From contig CACMDY010000003.1 of assembly GCA_902612605.1 (NCBI GenBank), positions 41,253 to 105,252 of the forward strand: a stretch of DNA of 64,000 bases, written 5' to 3'. Numbering within the stretch: position 1 is the first letter of the stretch; each line of letters starts with the position of its first letter. The translations under genes and the position numbers were made by a program. A model generated the notes under the pieces. The model was not told the DNA's origin. It was given only the letters and a program-made list of their open reading frames with translations, and ran no database searches. This stretch comes from an uncultured Pelagibacteraceae bacterium. Its GTDB lineage: Bacteria; Pseudomonadota; Alphaproteobacteria; Pelagibacterales; Pelagibacteraceae. Positions 37,781 to 48,036 of this stretch are shown here, piece by piece.

Positions 37781-38648
37781 TTTTTAAAAAGAAACTTTTA
37801 AATTGTTTTATTGTTTCTTTGGGATTTTGCTCTGGTATAAAATGTCCAGATTTAACAGCAACACCTAAAACTTTTTTATTCGAATATTTTTGCCAGATTT
37901 TAATAGGTTTAAATTGTTTGCCAATAACTCCATTTTTTCCCCATAAAACTTGAACAGGAATATTTAATTTTTTCTTTCGATCATGTCTGTCGTGATCAAG
38001 ATCAATAGTAGCAGATGCTCTATAATCCTCACATGATCCATGTATTCTATTTGGCTGCTTGAAGCACTTTAGATAACCCTCTTCAACTTTTCCAAATTTA
38101 TGATTACCTGACCATTTATCTAAGCAATACTTCATCCATTTTCTTGGATCACTCATTATCATTCTTTCAGGTAACCATTTAGGCTGAATTAAAAAAAACC
38201 AATGAAAGTAAGCTTTTGCAAAATCTCTAGTTGTAAGTTCGTACATATCTAAAGTTGGACAAATATCTAAAACGCTAAGAGCAAGCACATTTTTTCTGTG
38301 GTCTCTTGCCAATCTATGAGCAACTCTTCCACCTCTATCATGGCCTGCAACATAAAATTTACTATACCCTAATTTTACCATCATTTGTTTCATGTCGCTC
38401 GCCATTTCTCGTTTTGAATAATTATAATGTTCATTATCAGATGGTGGAGCTAAACTTTTTCCATAACCTCTTAAATCTGCCGCAACTACAGTAAAGCTTT
38501 TTGATAACTCAGGAGCTGTTTTGTGCCACATTAAATGTGTTTGAGGATAACCATGAAGCAATAATAAAGGAGGACCATCTCCTTTAACTTTGCAAAAAAC
38601 TTTCCCTTTTTTTACTTTTACGTATTTACTTTTAAAACCTTCGAACAT
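37773..38648 (-). CDS. Fluoroacetate/haloacetate dehalogenase-like alpha/beta hydrolase
   Basis: HGYPQT, GHDRGGR (D104, R105, R108), LDI (D128), YFHW (H149, W150), CEDYR and SGHF match the fluoroacetate dehalogenase residue set. Confidence 0.8.
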   Translation of the reverse strand: MFEGFKSKYVKVKKGKVFCKVKGDGPPLLLLHGYPQTHLMWHKTAPELSKSFTVVAADLRGYGKSLAPPSDNEHYNYSKREMASDMKQMMVKLGYSKFYVAGHDRGGRVAHRLARDHRKNVLALSVLDICPTLDMYELTTRDFAKAYFHWFFLIQPKWLPERMIMSDPRKWMKYCLDKWSGNHKFGKVEEGYLKCFKQPNRIHGSCEDYRASATIDLDHDRHDRKKKLNIPVQVLWGKNGVIGKQFKPIKIWQKYSNKKVLGVAVKSGHFIPEQNPKETIKQFKSFFLKNV

Positions 38649-38770
38649 TTATTTAATTTAATTTATATTTTTATAATCCAATCAGTAATTTTAAAATTGT
38701 TAAAATACAACGTTAATAAGGTCAATTATTAAATTGAATTATCACTCATTGGATGTATACCTTCATTTTT

Positions 38771-39805
38771 GTGAGAATTGAAGAAGAGCTAAAACTAGAT
38801 TATTCAGACGTACTTTTTAGACCAAAAAGAAGCACTCTTAAAAGTAGAAAAGACGTTAATTTAAAAAGGACTTATCGTTTTAAATACAGTAAAAACGAAT
38901 GGTCTGGAATTCCTATAATGGCAGCAAATATGGATGGTGTAGGCGTGCTTGGTGTTGCCGAAAAATTATCTGAATACGGAATGATTACATGCTTAACAAA
39001 ACAGCATGATGTGAAAAAAATAAAACAATTTAAAAAAATTAAATCAATATATCCAAATGTAGCTTTAAGTATTGGAACAAAAAAAGAAGATTTTCAAAAT
39101 TTAGATAAAGTTTTAAAAGAATTTAGTTTCATTAAATTCATCTGTATTGATGTTGCAAATGGTTATTCAGAGCATTTTAGTAAATTTTTAAAATCTGTAA
39201 GAGATAAATATCCAACGAAAACAATTATAGCTGGTAATGTAGTTACAGCCGATATGACCCAAGAATTAATTTTATCAGGCGCAGATATTGTAAAAGTTGG
39301 AATTGGACCAGGAAGTGTCTGTACAACCCGAATACAAACTGGAGTTGGCTATCCTCAGTTAAGTGCGGTAATAGAATGTGCCGATGCAGCTCATGGATTG
39401 GGTGCACATATAATTGCAGATGGTGGATGCACATGTCCAGGTGACGTTGCTAAAGCATTTGGTGGAGGAGCTGATTTTGTTATGCTTGGAGGAATGTTTG
39501 CAGGTCATGATGAAGGTAAAGGAAAATTGGTAAAATCTAATGGCTCAAAGTATGTTGAATTTTACGGATCAAGTTCTGAAACTGCAAATAACAAACATTA
39601 TGGTGGACTTTCAGACTACAGAAGTAGCGAAGGCAGAACAGTAAGAGTTAAGTACCGTGGTAAAATTAATGATACCATTTTAAATATTTTAGGTGGTGTG
39701 AGAAGCAGTTGTACATATGTTGGAGCGCCCTCTTTAAAACAATTAAGTAAGTGCACAACTTTTGTAAGAGTTACTAAGCAATTTAACGATACATTCACTA
39801 AATAA
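38771..39805 (+). CDS. guaC: GMP reductase
   Basis: GTG start gives (M)RIEEELKLD...[10 protein letters not shown], as in E. coli-type GuaC. Also [24 protein letters not shown] and ADGGC. Confidence 0.93.
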   Translation: MRIEEELKLDYSDVLFRPKRSTLKSRKDVNLKRTYRFKYSKNEWSGIPIMAANMDGVGVLGVAEKLSEYGMITCLTKQHDVKKIKQFKKIKSIYPNVALSIGTKKEDFQNLDKVLKEFSFIKFICIDVANGYSEHFSKFLKSVRDKYPTKTIIAGNVVTADMTQELILSGADIVKVGIGPGSVCTTRIQTGVGYPQLSAVIECADAAHGLGAHIIADGGCTCPGDVAKAFGGGADFVMLGGMFAGHDEGKGKLVKSNGSKYVEFYGSSSETANNKHYGGLSDYRSSEGRTVRVKYRGKINDTILNILGGVRSSCTYVGAPSLKQLSKCTTFVRVTKQFNDTFTK

Positions 39806-40879
39806 ATGAAAGAGTATTCTATAGCTTCTATTGCTGGTGACGGCATTGGAAAAGAAGTTGTACCTGAAGCGCAAAAAATTTTAAAAGAAATTTCTCAGCA
39901 ACATCAATTTAAATTAAATATAGAAGATTATGATTTCGCATCATGTGATTATTACGAAAAGCACGGAAAAATGATGCCAGATGACTGGAAAGATAAATTA
40001 ACTAAACACGATGCAATTTTCTTTGGTGCGGTTGGTATGCCAGATAAATATCCTGACCACATAACACTTTGGGGATCATTGTTAAAATTTAGAAGAGAGT
40101 TTGATCAATTTATTAACTTAAGACCTGTAAAACTTTTTGAAGGTGTAAATGCTCCATTAGCTAATAAAAAGCCAGGTGATATTGACATGATAATTGTAAG
40201 AGAAAATACTGAAGGTGAATACTCATCAGTCGGTGGAAGAATGTATCAGGGAACTGATAGAGAGGTAGTTATTCAAGAAACAATAATGTCAAAATATGGT
40301 ATAGATAGAGTTCAACAATTTGCTTTTGAATTAGCTAAAAAAAGAAAAAGAAAAAAATTAACAAGTGCAACAAAATCTAATGGAATATCAATTACAATGC
40401 CTTATTGGGACGAAAGATTTAACGAGAATAAAAAGAATTATTCTGATGTGGAAACCGATCAGTACCATATTGATATATTAGCTGCTAGATTTGTTCTAAG
40501 TCCTGAACGTTTTGATGTGATAGTCGCATCAAACCTTTTTGGAGATATTTTATCAGATCTAGGACCGGCTTGTACTGGTACTATTGGAATTGCACCATCT
40601 GGAAATATAAATCCAACAAATAAATACCCATCATTGTTTGAACCAGTTCATGGATCAGCACCAGATATTGCGGGACAAGGGATAGCTAATCCAGTGGGTC
40701 AAATTTGGTCAGCTGCAATGATGTTAGATTACTTAGGTGAAAAAGAAGCATCTGATAGAATAGTAAAATCAATTGAATTAACTCTTAAAGATAAAAACAG
40801 TCGAACAAAAGATCTTCAAGGGTCTAGTAATACAGAACAGTGTTCAAAAAAAATTTTAGATAATCTTAGTTCAGTTTAA
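39806..40879 (+). CDS. dmlA: Tartrate dehydrogenase/D-malate dehydrogenase (decarboxylating)
   Basis: GDGIGKEV, FGAVG.P, DHITLWG, NLRP, RENTEGEYS, SNLFGDILSDL and FEPVHGSAPDIAG motifs. Confidence 0.88.
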   Translation: MKEYSIASIAGDGIGKEVVPEAQKILKEISQQHQFKLNIEDYDFASCDYYEKHGKMMPDDWKDKLTKHDAIFFGAVGMPDKYPDHITLWGSLLKFRREFDQFINLRPVKLFEGVNAPLANKKPGDIDMIIVRENTEGEYSSVGGRMYQGTDREVVIQETIMSKYGIDRVQQFAFELAKKRKRKKLTSATKSNGISITMPYWDERFNENKKNYSDVETDQYHIDILAARFVLSPERFDVIVASNLFGDILSDLGPACTGTIGIAPSGNINPTNKYPSLFEPVHGSAPDIAGQGIANPVGQIWSAAMMLDYLGEKEASDRIVKSIELTLKDKNSRTKDLQGSSNTEQCSKKILDNLSSV

Positions 40880-40894
40880 AATTTAATCAAAATT

Positions 40895-41776
40895 ATGAAT
40901 TTATTAAAAAATAAATCTATTACCAAAGTTATAATTTTATCTATATCAGGATTTTTTATTTTAGTTTGCCAAGACTCTACTGCAAAATATCTTGGAACAC
41001 TAATGCCATTAAATCAAGTTATTTGGGGTAGATTTTTTTTTCACTTTGTTATTATTTTAATTTTATTTGCAATATTAAAACCTAAGTTAAACTTAAAAAG
41101 CAATTTTAAAATTAATATTATTAGATCCATATTAATGGTGTTTGCTACTTTTTTTTTTATTCATTCTTTACAAAAATTTGACCTTGTAGATATCTATGTA
41201 GTTTTCTTCTCAGCTCCGTTAATAGTATCAATTCTGACAGCATTATTTTTAAAAGACATTCTTTCACCTAAAGGTATAATTTTAATGTTATTAAGCTTCG
41301 GGTGTATAATTTATTCAATGAGTCCTAGTATGAAAGTCTTAAGTTTAGACTTGATTTTTCCTTTGGTGCCACCAGTATGTTGGGCTTTATATCAATTTTT
41401 TACAAAATTTATTTCTGGTAATAACGATCCTTTAGTGGCGTTATTTTATGCTGCTGTTGTAGGTGCTATAGTTTTTTCTATTTATGTAATTTTAGACTGG
41501 ACTCCTATTGAAAATAAAAGGTTGTGGATTTGGTTAGTATTTCTAGGTGTATTAGGTTTTACTAGTCACCTTTTAATTATATTTGCAATTCAACTATCAA
41601 ATTTATCTTTTGTAACTAATTTTCAATATTCACAATTAATTTGGTCAACATTAATCAATTTTTATATATTTGGAGTACCTTTTGATTTTAATAAAACTTT
41701 TGGAGTTATTGGAATAATAGTTTTTGGGGTTTTATTTGTTCAGGCCGAAAGTAGAAAAAAGAAAATTAATTCTTAA
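40895..41776 (+). CDS. DMT/EamA-family transporter
   Basis: About 10 TM segments with duplicated EamA-like halves (VIWGRF, F.APLI...L...FLK, FQYSQLIW). Confidence 0.85.
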   Translation: MNLLKNKSITKVIILSISGFFILVCQDSTAKYLGTLMPLNQVIWGRFFFHFVIILILFAILKPKLNLKSNFKINIIRSILMVFATFFFIHSLQKFDLVDIYVVFFSAPLIVSILTALFLKDILSPKGIILMLLSFGCIIYSMSPSMKVLSLDLIFPLVPPVCWALYQFFTKFISGNNDPLVALFYAAVVGAIVFSIYVILDWTPIENKRLWIWLVFLGVLGFTSHLLIIFAIQLSNLSFVTNFQYSQLIWSTLINFYIFGVPFDFNKTFGVIGIIVFGVLFVQAESRKKKINS

Positions 41777-44216
41777 AATCTTTATTGTTTAGAGGTTTTT
41801 CTAATACCTCAACTGGATATTTTTGTTTTTCAATTTCAATGTATATATTTTTGTCTTTTAATGTTTCAACTGTATTTCCAGAATTGACATATCCAAATGA
41901 AAGATTTTTATCATAACAAAAAGAATAATTTCCTGAAGTTGTTCTACCAATTATTTTGTCATCCATATAAATTGGTTCTTCATGTAGTAAAAGTGGCTCA
42001 CCTGGTTTGCTATCTTTAAGAGTAAACATCATCATCCTTTTATCTAATCTTTGGTCCTTAATTTTTAACAGAGCATCTTTTCCAATAAAGTTGACATTTT
42101 TTTTATAACTAATTGCAAATTTTAAACCTGCTTGATACTGATTTTCTTCTGGTGAAATATCATGTCCCCAGTGAACAAATCCACATTCCATTCTCATAAT
42201 ATCCATAGCATGCATTCCACAATGAGACAGTTCAAAGTTTTTTCCTTCTTGAATCAGAATTTCATATAAATTCTTAGCAAAACTTGATTCAACATAAAGT
42301 TCAAATCCCAATTCACCAACATAAGAAAGTCGTTGAGCCCAAACTCTAACACCATTTATCATTATGAACTTTCCAGTTCCAAACTTAAATTTATCGTTAC
42401 TAAAATCATCATTGCTTATTTTCGAGATCATCTCTCTACTCTTTGGACCAAACAATCCTAAACAACAAATATCCTCTGTTACATCTTTAAAAGATACGTC
42501 TTCATTTAAATATTTTAAGATATGGTATTTATCGTGTTCTCTTGTAGCTGCAGAGCTTACAACTCTAAAAAAGTTTTTATCCATACATACAACAGTTAAA
42601 TCTGTTTCTATTCCCCCATCTTCATTCAGCATATGAGTATATGTTGTTTTACCAATTTCGTTTTTAATGTTAGCGGTACATAACTTTTGAAGTTCTTGAT
42701 GAGTTTTTTCCCCTTTTAAATCAAACTTTGAAAAAGTTGAAAAATCAAAAAGTCCAACATTTTTTCTTGCATTTAAAGTTTCATGCTTTGCTGATGGGTA
42801 CCAATTTTGATAATTAAAACTATATTCATATTTAGGTTCTTTACCATTTAAAGAATACCACATCGGCCTCTCAAAACCTCCTGCAACTCCAAAGCAAGCT
42901 CCAGCATTTTTTAATTCCTCGTGATAAGGTAAAAGCTTTTGATTTCTTGATGTATTGTGCTGTTTAAATGGCCAATGCATTCCATACAAATCACCAAGTG
43001 TTTCTGTAACTCTTTCCATAATAAAGTTTTTTGAAGAGTGAAATTTCTGAAATCTTTTAATATCTAATGAAAATAAATCCTCATTTATATGTCCGTTCAT
43101 CATCCATTCAGCTGTTACTCTGCCCGCACCACCTGAACTTGCTATTCCAATACTATTAAAACCACAACACGTGTATAAATTTTTTAACTCAGGAGTTTCA
43201 CCTAATAAATACTGTGTATCTGGAGTAAAAGATTCTGGGCCTGAAAAAAATTTTCTAATTCCTGCGCTTTCTAACATTGGTAATCTATGAAATGATTTTT
43301 CTAAATACGGTTCAAAATGATCAAAGTCATCAGGAAGTTCTCCAAAAGAAAAATCATCAGGTACTCTTCCTGTCTCCTTAAATGCTGGTTTTGCATTTGG
43401 TTCAAAAATTCCAACAAGCATTTTCCCCGCATCTTCTTTCAAATACAAACATGCATTATAATCTCTTAAAACGGGAAGATTTTGAGGTAAATCTTTCATT
43501 GGCTCGGTAATTATATAAAAATGTTCATTTGGGTATAAAGGAACACTAACATTAATTTCTTCACCTAGTTGTCTAGACCACATTCCTGTAGCCATAACTA
43601 CATACTCACAATCTATAATACCTTTTTCTGTTTCTACTCCGCTTATTCTTGAATTTTTTGTAAGTATTTTTTTTACAGGAGTTTTTTCAAAAATTTGAGC
43701 ACCTTCCATTCTTGCAGCTTTTGCAAGAACGTTAGTAACTCCAACAGGATCTGCTTGTCCATCTTTTGGCATGTAAACGCCACCTACAAGATCTTCACTA
43801 TGTATCACTGGATATAATTCTTTTAGTCTTTTATGATTTAAAACTTCTACTTCAACATCAGACAATTGTGCAGTCGTTGCTTGTCTTAATAATTCTTGCA
43901 TTCTTTCTTTAGTAGAAGCAACAGTAATTGCACCATTCTGCTTCATTCCAGTTGATAATCCTGTGGTCTTTTCTAATTCTTTATAAAGATCTAACGAGTA
44001 TTTTCTAATTTTAGTAATTGTAGATGATGCGCCTAATTGACCTAGAAGACCTGCTGCGTGCCAAGTAGTTCCTGATGTTAATTGATCTCTTTCAAGTAAT
44101 ATTACATCTTTCCATCCAAATTTAGCTAAATGATAAGCACAAGATGTTCCTGCAACACCTCCACCTATAACTACTACTTTACATTCTTTTGGTAAATCTT
44201 TAATCATTCTTAACAA
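41766..44216 (-). CDS. FAD-dependent oxidoreductase with GcvT-like THF domain (sarcosine dehydrogenase-like)
   Basis: GGGVAG, covalent-FAD motif TTWHAAGL, GPESFTPD, GFERP, YVGELGFELY and MECGFVHWG. Confidence 0.88.
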   Translation of the reverse strand: MLRMIKDLPKECKVVVIGGGVAGTSCAYHLAKFGWKDVILLERDQLTSGTTWHAAGLLGQLGASSTITKIRKYSLDLYKELEKTTGLSTGMKQNGAITVASTKERMQELLRQATTAQLSDVEVEVLNHKRLKELYPVIHSEDLVGGVYMPKDGQADPVGVTNVLAKAARMEGAQIFEKTPVKKILTKNSRISGVETEKGIIDCEYVVMATGMWSRQLGEEINVSVPLYPNEHFYIITEPMKDLPQNLPVLRDYNACLYLKEDAGKMLVGIFEPNAKPAFKETGRVPDDFSFGELPDDFDHFEPYLEKSFHRLPMLESAGIRKFFSGPESFTPDTQYLLGETPELKNLYTCCGFNSIGIASSGGAGRVTAEWMMNGHINEDLFSLDIKRFQKFHSSKNFIMERVTETLGDLYGMHWPFKQHNTSRNQKLLPYHEELKNAGACFGVAGGFERPMWYSLNGKEPKYEYSFNYQNWYPSAKHETLNARKNVGLFDFSTFSKFDLKGEKTHQELQKLCTANIKNEIGKTTYTHMLNEDGGIETDLTVVCMDKNFFRVVSSAATREHDKYHILKYLNEDVSFKDVTEDICCLGLFGPKSREMISKISNDDFSNDKFKFGTGKFIMINGVRVWAQRLSYVGELGFELYVESSFAKNLYEILIQEGKNFELSHCGMHAMDIMRMECGFVHWGHDISPEENQYQAGLKFAISYKKNVNFIGKDALLKIKDQRLDKRMMMFTLKDSKPGEPLLLHEEPIYMDDKIIGRTTSGNYSFCYDKNLSFGYVNSGNTVETLKDKNIYIEIEKQKYPVEVLEKPLNNKDFKN

Positions 44217-44228
44217 ATTAGTATTGAT

Positions 44229-45239
44229 TTATGATTTAGTAAAGCGACTTATATTGCTACCTTCACGAGTCATTTCATTCTCAATCCATTTAAAAGTTTT
44301 TGTCAAACCTTCCTTTAAACTCATCTTGTAACTCCAATTGAGTACTTTTTTTGCAAAATCGTTATTGCTAGATCTGCCTCTAACACCTTTTGGTTTATCT
44401 AATTGATGGTTTTTTTTTAAGTTACTAATGCCAGAAATATTTTCTATAATTTCAATCATTTGATTTATGGAGACTTGCTCATCACTTCCAATGTTCATTG
44501 GATCGGAGCAATTAGAATCAAATAATCTCAATGTTCCTTCCACACATTCGTCAACATATAGAAATGTTCGAGTTTGATTTCCGTCTCCCCAAACATCAAT
44601 AGTTCCAGCATTTTTTTTTTTTGCTTCTATAACTTTTCTACACAATGCAGCGGGTGCCTTTTCTCTCCCACCATCATAAGTTCCATAAGGTCCATAAATA
44701 TTATGATATCGTGCAATTCTTACTTGGATTCCATAATCTTCAAAAAAATGTCTGCACATTCTTTCACTAAATAATTTTTCCCATCCATATCCATCTTCGG
44801 GATCTGCTGGATAGGCATCCTCTTCTTTTAATCCTTCAATAAATACTTTGTCCTGTTTAGATATATTATAAGCGCATGCACTTGATGAAAAAAAATATTT
44901 TTCAATTTTATTTTCTTTTGAAGCTATTAATAAGTTTGTATTTATTAACACAGATTGCATGCATTCAGCTTTATTATTTTCAATAAAACCCATACCTCCC
45001 ATATTGCATGCCATATTAAATACATAATTAACTTTGTTTGTTACTTTCATACAATTTGAAATATCTTTCATATCCATAGAATAATGATTTTCAACATTAT
45101 CAAAATCCTGAAACCAAAATTCTTTAGGTTTAATATCGCATGCTACTACTTTATTTCCATTTTCTAGAATTCTTTTTATTAGATGACCCGCAATAAAACC
45201 ACCTGCACCTACTACTAATATTGTTTTATTTTTATCCAT
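44229..45239 (-). CDS. NAD-dependent nucleotide-sugar epimerase, GDP-mannose 3,5-epimerase-like
   Basis: GAGGFIA, NMGGMGFI, SSACAY, YGWEKL, RYHNIYGP, GREKAPAALCRK and GVRGR motifs. Confidence 0.82.
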   Translation of the reverse strand: MDKNKTILVVGAGGFIAGHLIKRILENGNKVVACDIKPKEFWFQDFDNVENHYSMDMKDISNCMKVTNKVNYVFNMACNMGGMGFIENNKAECMQSVLINTNLLIASKENKIEKYFFSSSACAYNISKQDKVFIEGLKEEDAYPADPEDGYGWEKLFSERMCRHFFEDYGIQVRIARYHNIYGPYGTYDGGREKAPAALCRKVIEAKKKNAGTIDVWGDGNQTRTFLYVDECVEGTLRLFDSNCSDPMNIGSDEQVSINQMIEIIENISGISNLKKNHQLDKPKGVRGRSSNNDFAKKVLNWSYKMSLKEGLTKTFKWIENEMTREGSNISRFTKS

Positions 45240-45287
45240 AAGCCTGAATGTATGAATTATAATAAATTAAAAATAATTAAAAATAAA

Positions 45288-46343
45288 TTAAAAGCAAACA
45301 ATATGATCAATATGAATGGGTCTTTTTATACCAAATTTTTCATCAACTTCATGTTGATGAATATGATGAGAATGCACAAAAACTGGTATTAATTTATTAC
45401 TTAATGTTTTTAATGTATAAATAAAATTTGAACCTCTGAATTTTCTATCTACTACTTCAAGTTTAAGATTACTTGCATCATCGTGTTGTAAGTCTTCTGG
45501 CTGTATTAAAAGTTTTACTTTAGATCCTATTGGGAAAGGTCTTGCAAAATTTCCTGTGATTGTTCCTAAATCCTCGTTTTCAAGACTTTTTGGACTAGTA
45601 ACTTCAGCTGGTATTAAAGTTCCTCTATTTAAAAAATTAACTACCTCTACTGAATTTGGTAAATGATAAACGTTATATGGATCGTCATATTGCTTTAATT
45701 CACCATCTAATATTATTCCACATTTGCTGCCTAGATAAAAAGCTTCGTAAGAATCATGTGTAACAATTATTGTTGTTATTTTAGAATTTGTTAAAATTTG
45801 CTTTAATTCAACTTGAATTTCCTCCTTAAAACTTTGATCTACATTAGATAATGGCTCATCAAGCATTAGTAAATCTGGCTGAGAGACCAATGACCTTGCT
45901 AAAGAAGCTCTTTGGGCTTCACCGGCACTAATCTCATGTGGAAATTTATTTAATATTTTGTTTAAGTTTAAAAAATTAATTACTTCTTTAGTTTGTATTT
46001 TTTTATCATCTTTCACTCTATCTGAACCAAGATTAATATTTTTTTCTATATTGTAATGAGGAAATAAGCTGTTCTCTTGAAATGATAGAGCAATATTACG
46101 ATTTTCTGGTTCGATATGAATATTTTCAGAAGAAATTGTTCTGCCTTTTAGATTAATTTTACCTTTATTAATTTTTTCTAAACCTGCAATAGTTCTTAAT
46201 ATTGTAGTTTTGCCTATGCCTGATGGGCCAAGTAAACATACAATTTCACCTTCATTTTCAATTTTTAAAGAAACATTATTAACTTTATTTTTCCCGCCAG
46301 CAGCAAAGGATACATTTTCAATTTCAAAAAAATTATTAGCCAT
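45288..46343 (-). CDS. fbpC: Fe(III) ABC transporter ATP-binding subunit (FbpC/FutC-type)
   Basis: Walker A GPSGIGKT, signature ISAGE, Walker B LMLDEP, C-terminal TOBE-like region. Confidence 0.88.
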   Translation of the reverse strand: MANNFFEIENVSFAAGGKNKVNNVSLKIENEGEIVCLLGPSGIGKTTILRTIAGLEKINKGKINLKGRTISSENIHIEPENRNIALSFQENSLFPHYNIEKNINLGSDRVKDDKKIQTKEVINFLNLNKILNKFPHEISAGEAQRASLARSLVSQPDLLMLDEPLSNVDQSFKEEIQVELKQILTNSKITTIIVTHDSYEAFYLGSKCGIILDGELKQYDDPYNVYHLPNSVEVVNFLNRGTLIPAEVTSPKSLENEDLGTITGNFARPFPIGSKVKLLIQPEDLQHDDASNLKLEVVDRKFRGSNFIYTLKTLSNKLIPVFVHSHHIHQHEVDEKFGIKRPIHIDHIVCF

Positions 46344-47953
46344 TAGTCTTTCAAAATAAATTTAGACGTAATCAAAATAAATGTACTTGCAATTAATATC
46401 AAGAATAATGATGGAACTGCTGCAGCCTCTAAGAGATCTTGAGATGCAAAAATATATGCTGTTGTAGCGAATGTTTCAAAGTTAAATGGTCTCAATATCA
46501 AAGTTATAGGTAATTCTTTTATTACTTCTATAGTAATCAATATCCCTATAAGAAAAACAGAATTTTTTAAATAAGGAACATGAATTCCTAAAAAAGTTTT
46601 TATTTTCGAGTAACCAAGAAGATAAGAACTTTCATCAATTGACCTATTTATTCTTTCATAACCAGTTTTCAAACCGTTATAAGCTAATGAATAAAATCTG
46701 ATAAAATAAACTATTACTAAACCAAAAATAGATCCTATAAATACTCTCTTTATAGAATTAAATTCAAAGGCTTTTATAAAAGTATTATCAAACCAAGCAA
46801 TAAAAGTGATGAATGCTACAGCTAAAATTACACCAGGGATTGCATAACCAGTAATAGAAAATGTTGTAAGATAATTTAAGAATTTACTTTTAGTTACTCT
46901 GTTTCCATAATTTGAAATAAATGAAAAAATTACTAGAACAACACTTGATAAAAATACCAAGTAAATTGTGTTTATAAATAATTGAAAAGTATTTAAATCA
47001 AATAAATTTTTTGGAAAAATTATTGTCCAATACAACATTTGTAAAACAGGGAATAAAAAGCTGACTAAAAAAACTAAAAAACAAAATCCGAATGCTAAAG
47101 ATCCTTTTGAAAAGTTTAATTTAATTTTCTTCTTTTCTTTAATTCCTCCCTTAACTGGAGAGTGATATTGAGCTTTTTTTCTTGAGATATTCTCAATAAA
47201 GAAAAGTCCTAGAATAAATAATAGTAAAAAAAATGAGAGTTGATTTGCAAAAGCTAAATCGTCAAATGATATCCATGAATCATATATTCCTGTAGTAAGA
47301 GTTGCTATTCCAAAGAATGATACTGCTCCAAAATCTGATAATGTTTCCATAGCAACTAATGCCAAACCCGCAACTATCGCTGGTCTTGCAGATGGTAAAA
47401 TGATTTTAAAGAAAGACTTATATTTTGAAAAACCTAGATTTTGTCCTAATTCTATTAAATTTTGAGACTGATAATGAAAAGATGCTCTAGTTAGAACATA
47501 AACATATCCAAATAGTGAAAAAGAAATAGATAAAATAGCACCAAGCATACCATCAAATTTTGGGATGGATTGATTGTATTCACCAGGTCCAAATAAAGAT
47601 TTCAATATTGAATATAGTGTTCCAAAGTTTTCAAAAAAAGCAGTTAATGAATAAGCATAAATGTAAGCAGGTACTGCAAAAGATAATATTAAAGCCCATT
47701 TAAAAAATTTAACGCCTGGAAATTCATAAAATGATACTACATATGCACAGCCTACACCTAAGATTAATGTAAGAAATAAAACTCCTAAAAGTAATATTAA
47801 AGAATTATAAATATATTCAATTAAAAATGTATTTTTTAAAATATCAAAGTAGTTAGTTGTTTCTTGGAAGAAACTTGCAAACACAGTCAAAATTGGAATT
47901 GCAACAACAAATGAAACTAAAAATGAAGAAAGGTACCATGAATTAAATTTCAT
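46343..47953 (-). CDS. fbpB: Fe(III) ABC transporter permease (FbpB/FutB-type)
   Basis: Duplicated permease domains; PAYIYAY, PSARPAI.AG.ALV.METLSDFG, GYAIPG and KELP.TL.LRPFNFET motifs. Confidence 0.9.
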   Translation of the reverse strand: MKFNSWYLSSFLVSFVVAIPILTVFASFFQETTNYFDILKNTFLIEYIYNSLILLLGVLFLTLILGVGCAYVVSFYEFPGVKFFKWALILSFAVPAYIYAYSLTAFFENFGTLYSILKSLFGPGEYNQSIPKFDGMLGAILSISFSLFGYVYVLTRASFHYQSQNLIELGQNLGFSKYKSFFKIILPSARPAIVAGLALVAMETLSDFGAVSFFGIATLTTGIYDSWISFDDLAFANQLSFFLLLFILGLFFIENISRKKAQYHSPVKGGIKEKKKIKLNFSKGSLAFGFCFLVFLVSFLFPVLQMLYWTIIFPKNLFDLNTFQLFINTIYLVFLSSVVLVIFSFISNYGNRVTKSKFLNYLTTFSITGYAIPGVILAVAFITFIAWFDNTFIKAFEFNSIKRVFIGSIFGLVIVYFIRFYSLAYNGLKTGYERINRSIDESSYLLGYSKIKTFLGIHVPYLKNSVFLIGILITIEVIKELPITLILRPFNFETFATTAYIFASQDLLEAAAVPSLFLILIASTFILITSKFILKD

Positions 47954-47979
47954 ATATTATAATCCGCCTTATAATCATG

Positions 47980-48023
47980 AAAATCAAAAGTGCCCATGGT
48001 TTAGGAGACCTAACCATAGGCAC
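47980..48023 (-). terminator. Intrinsic terminator between the Fe SBP/small ORF and the permease
   Basis: Minus-strand RNA GUGCCUAUGGUUAGG-UCU-CCUAAACCAUGGGCAC forms a 15-bp stem with one G-U pair and one bulge, followed by UUUUGAUUUU. Confidence 0.78.
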
Positions 48024-48036
48024 AAACTTTAGAAAA

